Shown here: one piece after another, positions 61,601 to 64,000 of the stretch
Position numbering within the stretch: position 1 is the stretch's first letter
Layout of the letters: every line of letters starts with the position of its first letter
Origin: Takakia lepidozioides
Taxonomy: Eukaryota > Plantae > Bryophyta
Direction of reading: 5' to 3'
Length of the DNA stretch: 64,000 bases
Assembly (NCBI GenBank): GCA_030704615.1
Contig: CM060731.1
Span: 26,288,001 to 26,352,000, forward strand
Translations under genes and position numbers: made by a program
The notes under the pieces: generated by a model
The model's database searches: none
What the model saw: the letters and a program-made list of their open reading frames with translations, nothing else
Told to the model about the DNA's origin: nothing

Positions 61601-64000
61601 GGTGATCCACATAGAACATAAACTTCTTGCCCAACAGGTAATGCCTGAATTTCTTCACTGCATAGATCATTGCCAATGCTTCTCTTCCGTTGTGCTATAG
61701 TTCCTTTCAGCACTGTTCATCTACCGGCTAGCATAGTAGACAGGTGAATCTATATTCCCTGTAACATTCTGGGCTAACACCGCTCCCAACGCTTCTCCTG
61801 ATGCATCGCAGTGAACATGGAATACTACATGCCAGTGAGGGTTAATCAGCTCAGGTGTAGTTGTTACTGACAGTGTAAGTTCCTCAAACGCCTGTTGACA
61901 TTCAGCTGTCCAGGCAAACACTTCATCTTTCTTCAGTAGTTTGCTCAATGGTGCTGCTATTTGTGCATACCTTTTGACAAATCTCCTGTAATAACTGGTT
62001 TGCCCAAGGAATCTCCGTAGACTTTTAACATTCACTGGTGGTGGAGAGGCTTTAATGGACTCTGTCTTTCTGGGATCCACAAGGAGTCCCTTCTTACACA
62101 CAATGTGTCCCAGAAGCACCCCTGAGTTCACACAGAAAGTACACTTCTCTGGATTCAGGCCCAGACCTCTCATCCTGCATCTGGCCAAACATAACTCCAA
62201 TTTATGCAAGTGCTCATTCTTAGAGCTGTACACACTGAAATCATCCAAGAATACCTGCATGAAATCATCCAGATACTCATGAAAAGATTCACTTATCACT
62301 CTCTGAAAGGTCGCTGGTGCATTACAAAGTCCAAATGACATGACTTTGTATGCATAAGCCCCCCAGTCTGTGATGAAAGCTGTTTTCCCTTGGTCTTCTT
62401 CTGCCACTTGCACTTGATTATACTCCAGCCGCATCTCTGCAACCTGCTCCCACTCTGGGTGTGCAGCAAATAGGGTAGCTTCCTGCTCCTCATCCAATCC
62501 TCCTTTCCAGTCATACTCTCTGACTCCTCGAGGTCTTCTTGTAGCAAGTAATCTACTAGATTTCTTTGTGGTAATTTGTATCTCGTGTATCCCATTATGC
62601 ACGGTTAGTAACTGAGAATTCCAGTCATGGAATACCCTGGCCTGTTTCAGCCACGGACGTCCCAATAATAAGGATTAAGCCTCCATGACTTCATCCATCT
62701 TCAATACAGTTACTGTGATCATAAAGATCATCTTCTGTATCTGTATCTTAACTCTTCTTATTAATCCCAATGGTTGTACACTTCTTTGATCTGCCATTGT
62801 TACTGTAAATGGGGCTGGTTTCATGTTACTTAGACCAAGCTTCTTCCTTAATTGGTCTGTCATGATATTTACTCCAGAACCTCCATCTATCAGTACATCA
62901 GTTAGTTCTGTGCTTCCAATTCTCAATTGGATTACTGGCATAGAATCATCAAAGTCCATGACTGTTTCTCGCCCTTCCGGCTTCACATTATAACTGGTCA
63001 CCTTGCTGTTCAGGTCTATGTTTCCTGTCTCTTGGGCAATTCGATTGATTGCTTGATACAGCCTGTGCCTACAATAAGGTGCCACAGCTAATAGCTGTCC
63101 AATGGTAATTTCTGCTTTGGTCTGGCATATTACTTCAGCCAAAGTCTCTTCATTACTTTGCATGTCTGCATCTTCTTTCTTCCTTTCTTCCTCACTCCCT
63201 TCTTTTTCTCCATCAGAATCAGAGGAATCTGCCACAGGAATATCAGTACTCTTTTGCATTTCCCTTATAGTATCTGCCACTTCCTTGTGCAGTTCCTTCT
63301 CATCTTTCCAAGTCTCTTCATCTTCCGGCATATCATTGCCACTTCCATTATCATCTTCTTCCTCTTCTACTGGAGGTATTAGTTTGGCTTTACTTCTTGT
63401 TACTATCATTGTACTTACTTCTGGTACAACACATGGCCTAACCATGTGAGCTGCCACCACTGGGCCCTCATTCACAGGAGCTCTCATCTCGTTCTGGTGT
63501 CTTATCCAGAATGAACAGGCTGCCTTGCGATGTCCTGGCTGATTACAATAGTAACATAGCTCTTCACCATTGGGTCCTCGCCCTTGGTCTGTTCTTGGAT
63601 TATTTCTATAATCCTGATTCCCGGGCTGGTAATTCCCCCTTGGATTACCCTGATAGTTGCCTCTGGAATTTCCTTGGTAATTCCCTCTTGAATTACCTCT
63701 CCCTTCCATGCCATTGTTATAACCACCAGACCTACCATAGTGGTCCTGATCATTGTTTCTTCTTGGCTGGGGCTGCACCTGATGCACCCTTACTTGCCTA
63801 GGTTCACTTGCAGCTGTCCTTCTGTTGTAGTAACAATTCTCAGTAGAATGGTTATCCATTTTATAGATAGTACAGTGTTTCTCCTTCATGTGGCATTCTG
63901 TGGTGGTATGGCCTTCATTCTGGCACTTTGCACACTATACACCCTTCCTCCAATGTGTTGCAGCCTCTGTGGCATATTTCTTCAAGATTTCTTCCAATCT
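55678..64000 (-). mobile_element. Gy-B internal region: gag-PR-RT-RH-INT (>64000-~60130) followed by the extra ORF (59321-55678)
   Basis: CYYCNQPGHRKAAC; VLIDGGSGVNIM; KTAFITDWG..FLDDFSVYS (RT N-terminus deleted near 62425); HCDASGEALGAVL; [15 protein letters not shown]; [10 protein letters not shown]; WKGPY. No chromodomain seen, so a non-chromovirus type. Confidence 0.92.
59775..59990. repeat. GCTGTGATAGGCTGTG tandem array between the integrase and the extra ORF
   Basis: 30-bp period built from 10-bp GGCTGTG subunits. Confidence 0.9.

Overview
Eukaryotic nuclear DNA from a land plant, probably a non-seed plant (inferred from PLS-PPR remnants and the retrotransposon types). The first 7.5 kb holds two intact, convergent spliced genes: the 3' exons of molybdenum cofactor sulfurase (ABA3) and a C2-type phospholipase D. 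The remaining ~56 kb is a nested transposon cluster. It contains a LINE fragment, three Ty3/gypsy families (labelled here Gy-A, Gy-B and Gy-D; Gy-B has a large extra ORF after pol), a hAT-like MITE, a 3.3-kb TIR element carrying amplified PPR fragments, a CACTA end, and two related Mutator-like families (labelled here MULE-A and MULE-C, two copies each). The main finding is MULE-C (24088-35348), which lacks terminal inverted repeats. It carries a GCM-like/DDE/SWIM transposase on the + strand. Divergently, on the - strand, it carries a spliced gene joining a ParB/Srx-type domain (DGNHR) to a bacterial/phage-type beta-class amino (N6-A/N4-C) DNA methyltransferase fold. Arrays of a 24-bp palindrome lie in an intron of that gene. 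A second copy (49945-52334) and the last exon of a diverged paralogue with its own element end (20591-20784) indicate stable family cargo rather than a one-off capture. All domain calls are by motif recognition only; no searches were run. Most TE ORFs are frameshifted, from decay and/or assembly indels.
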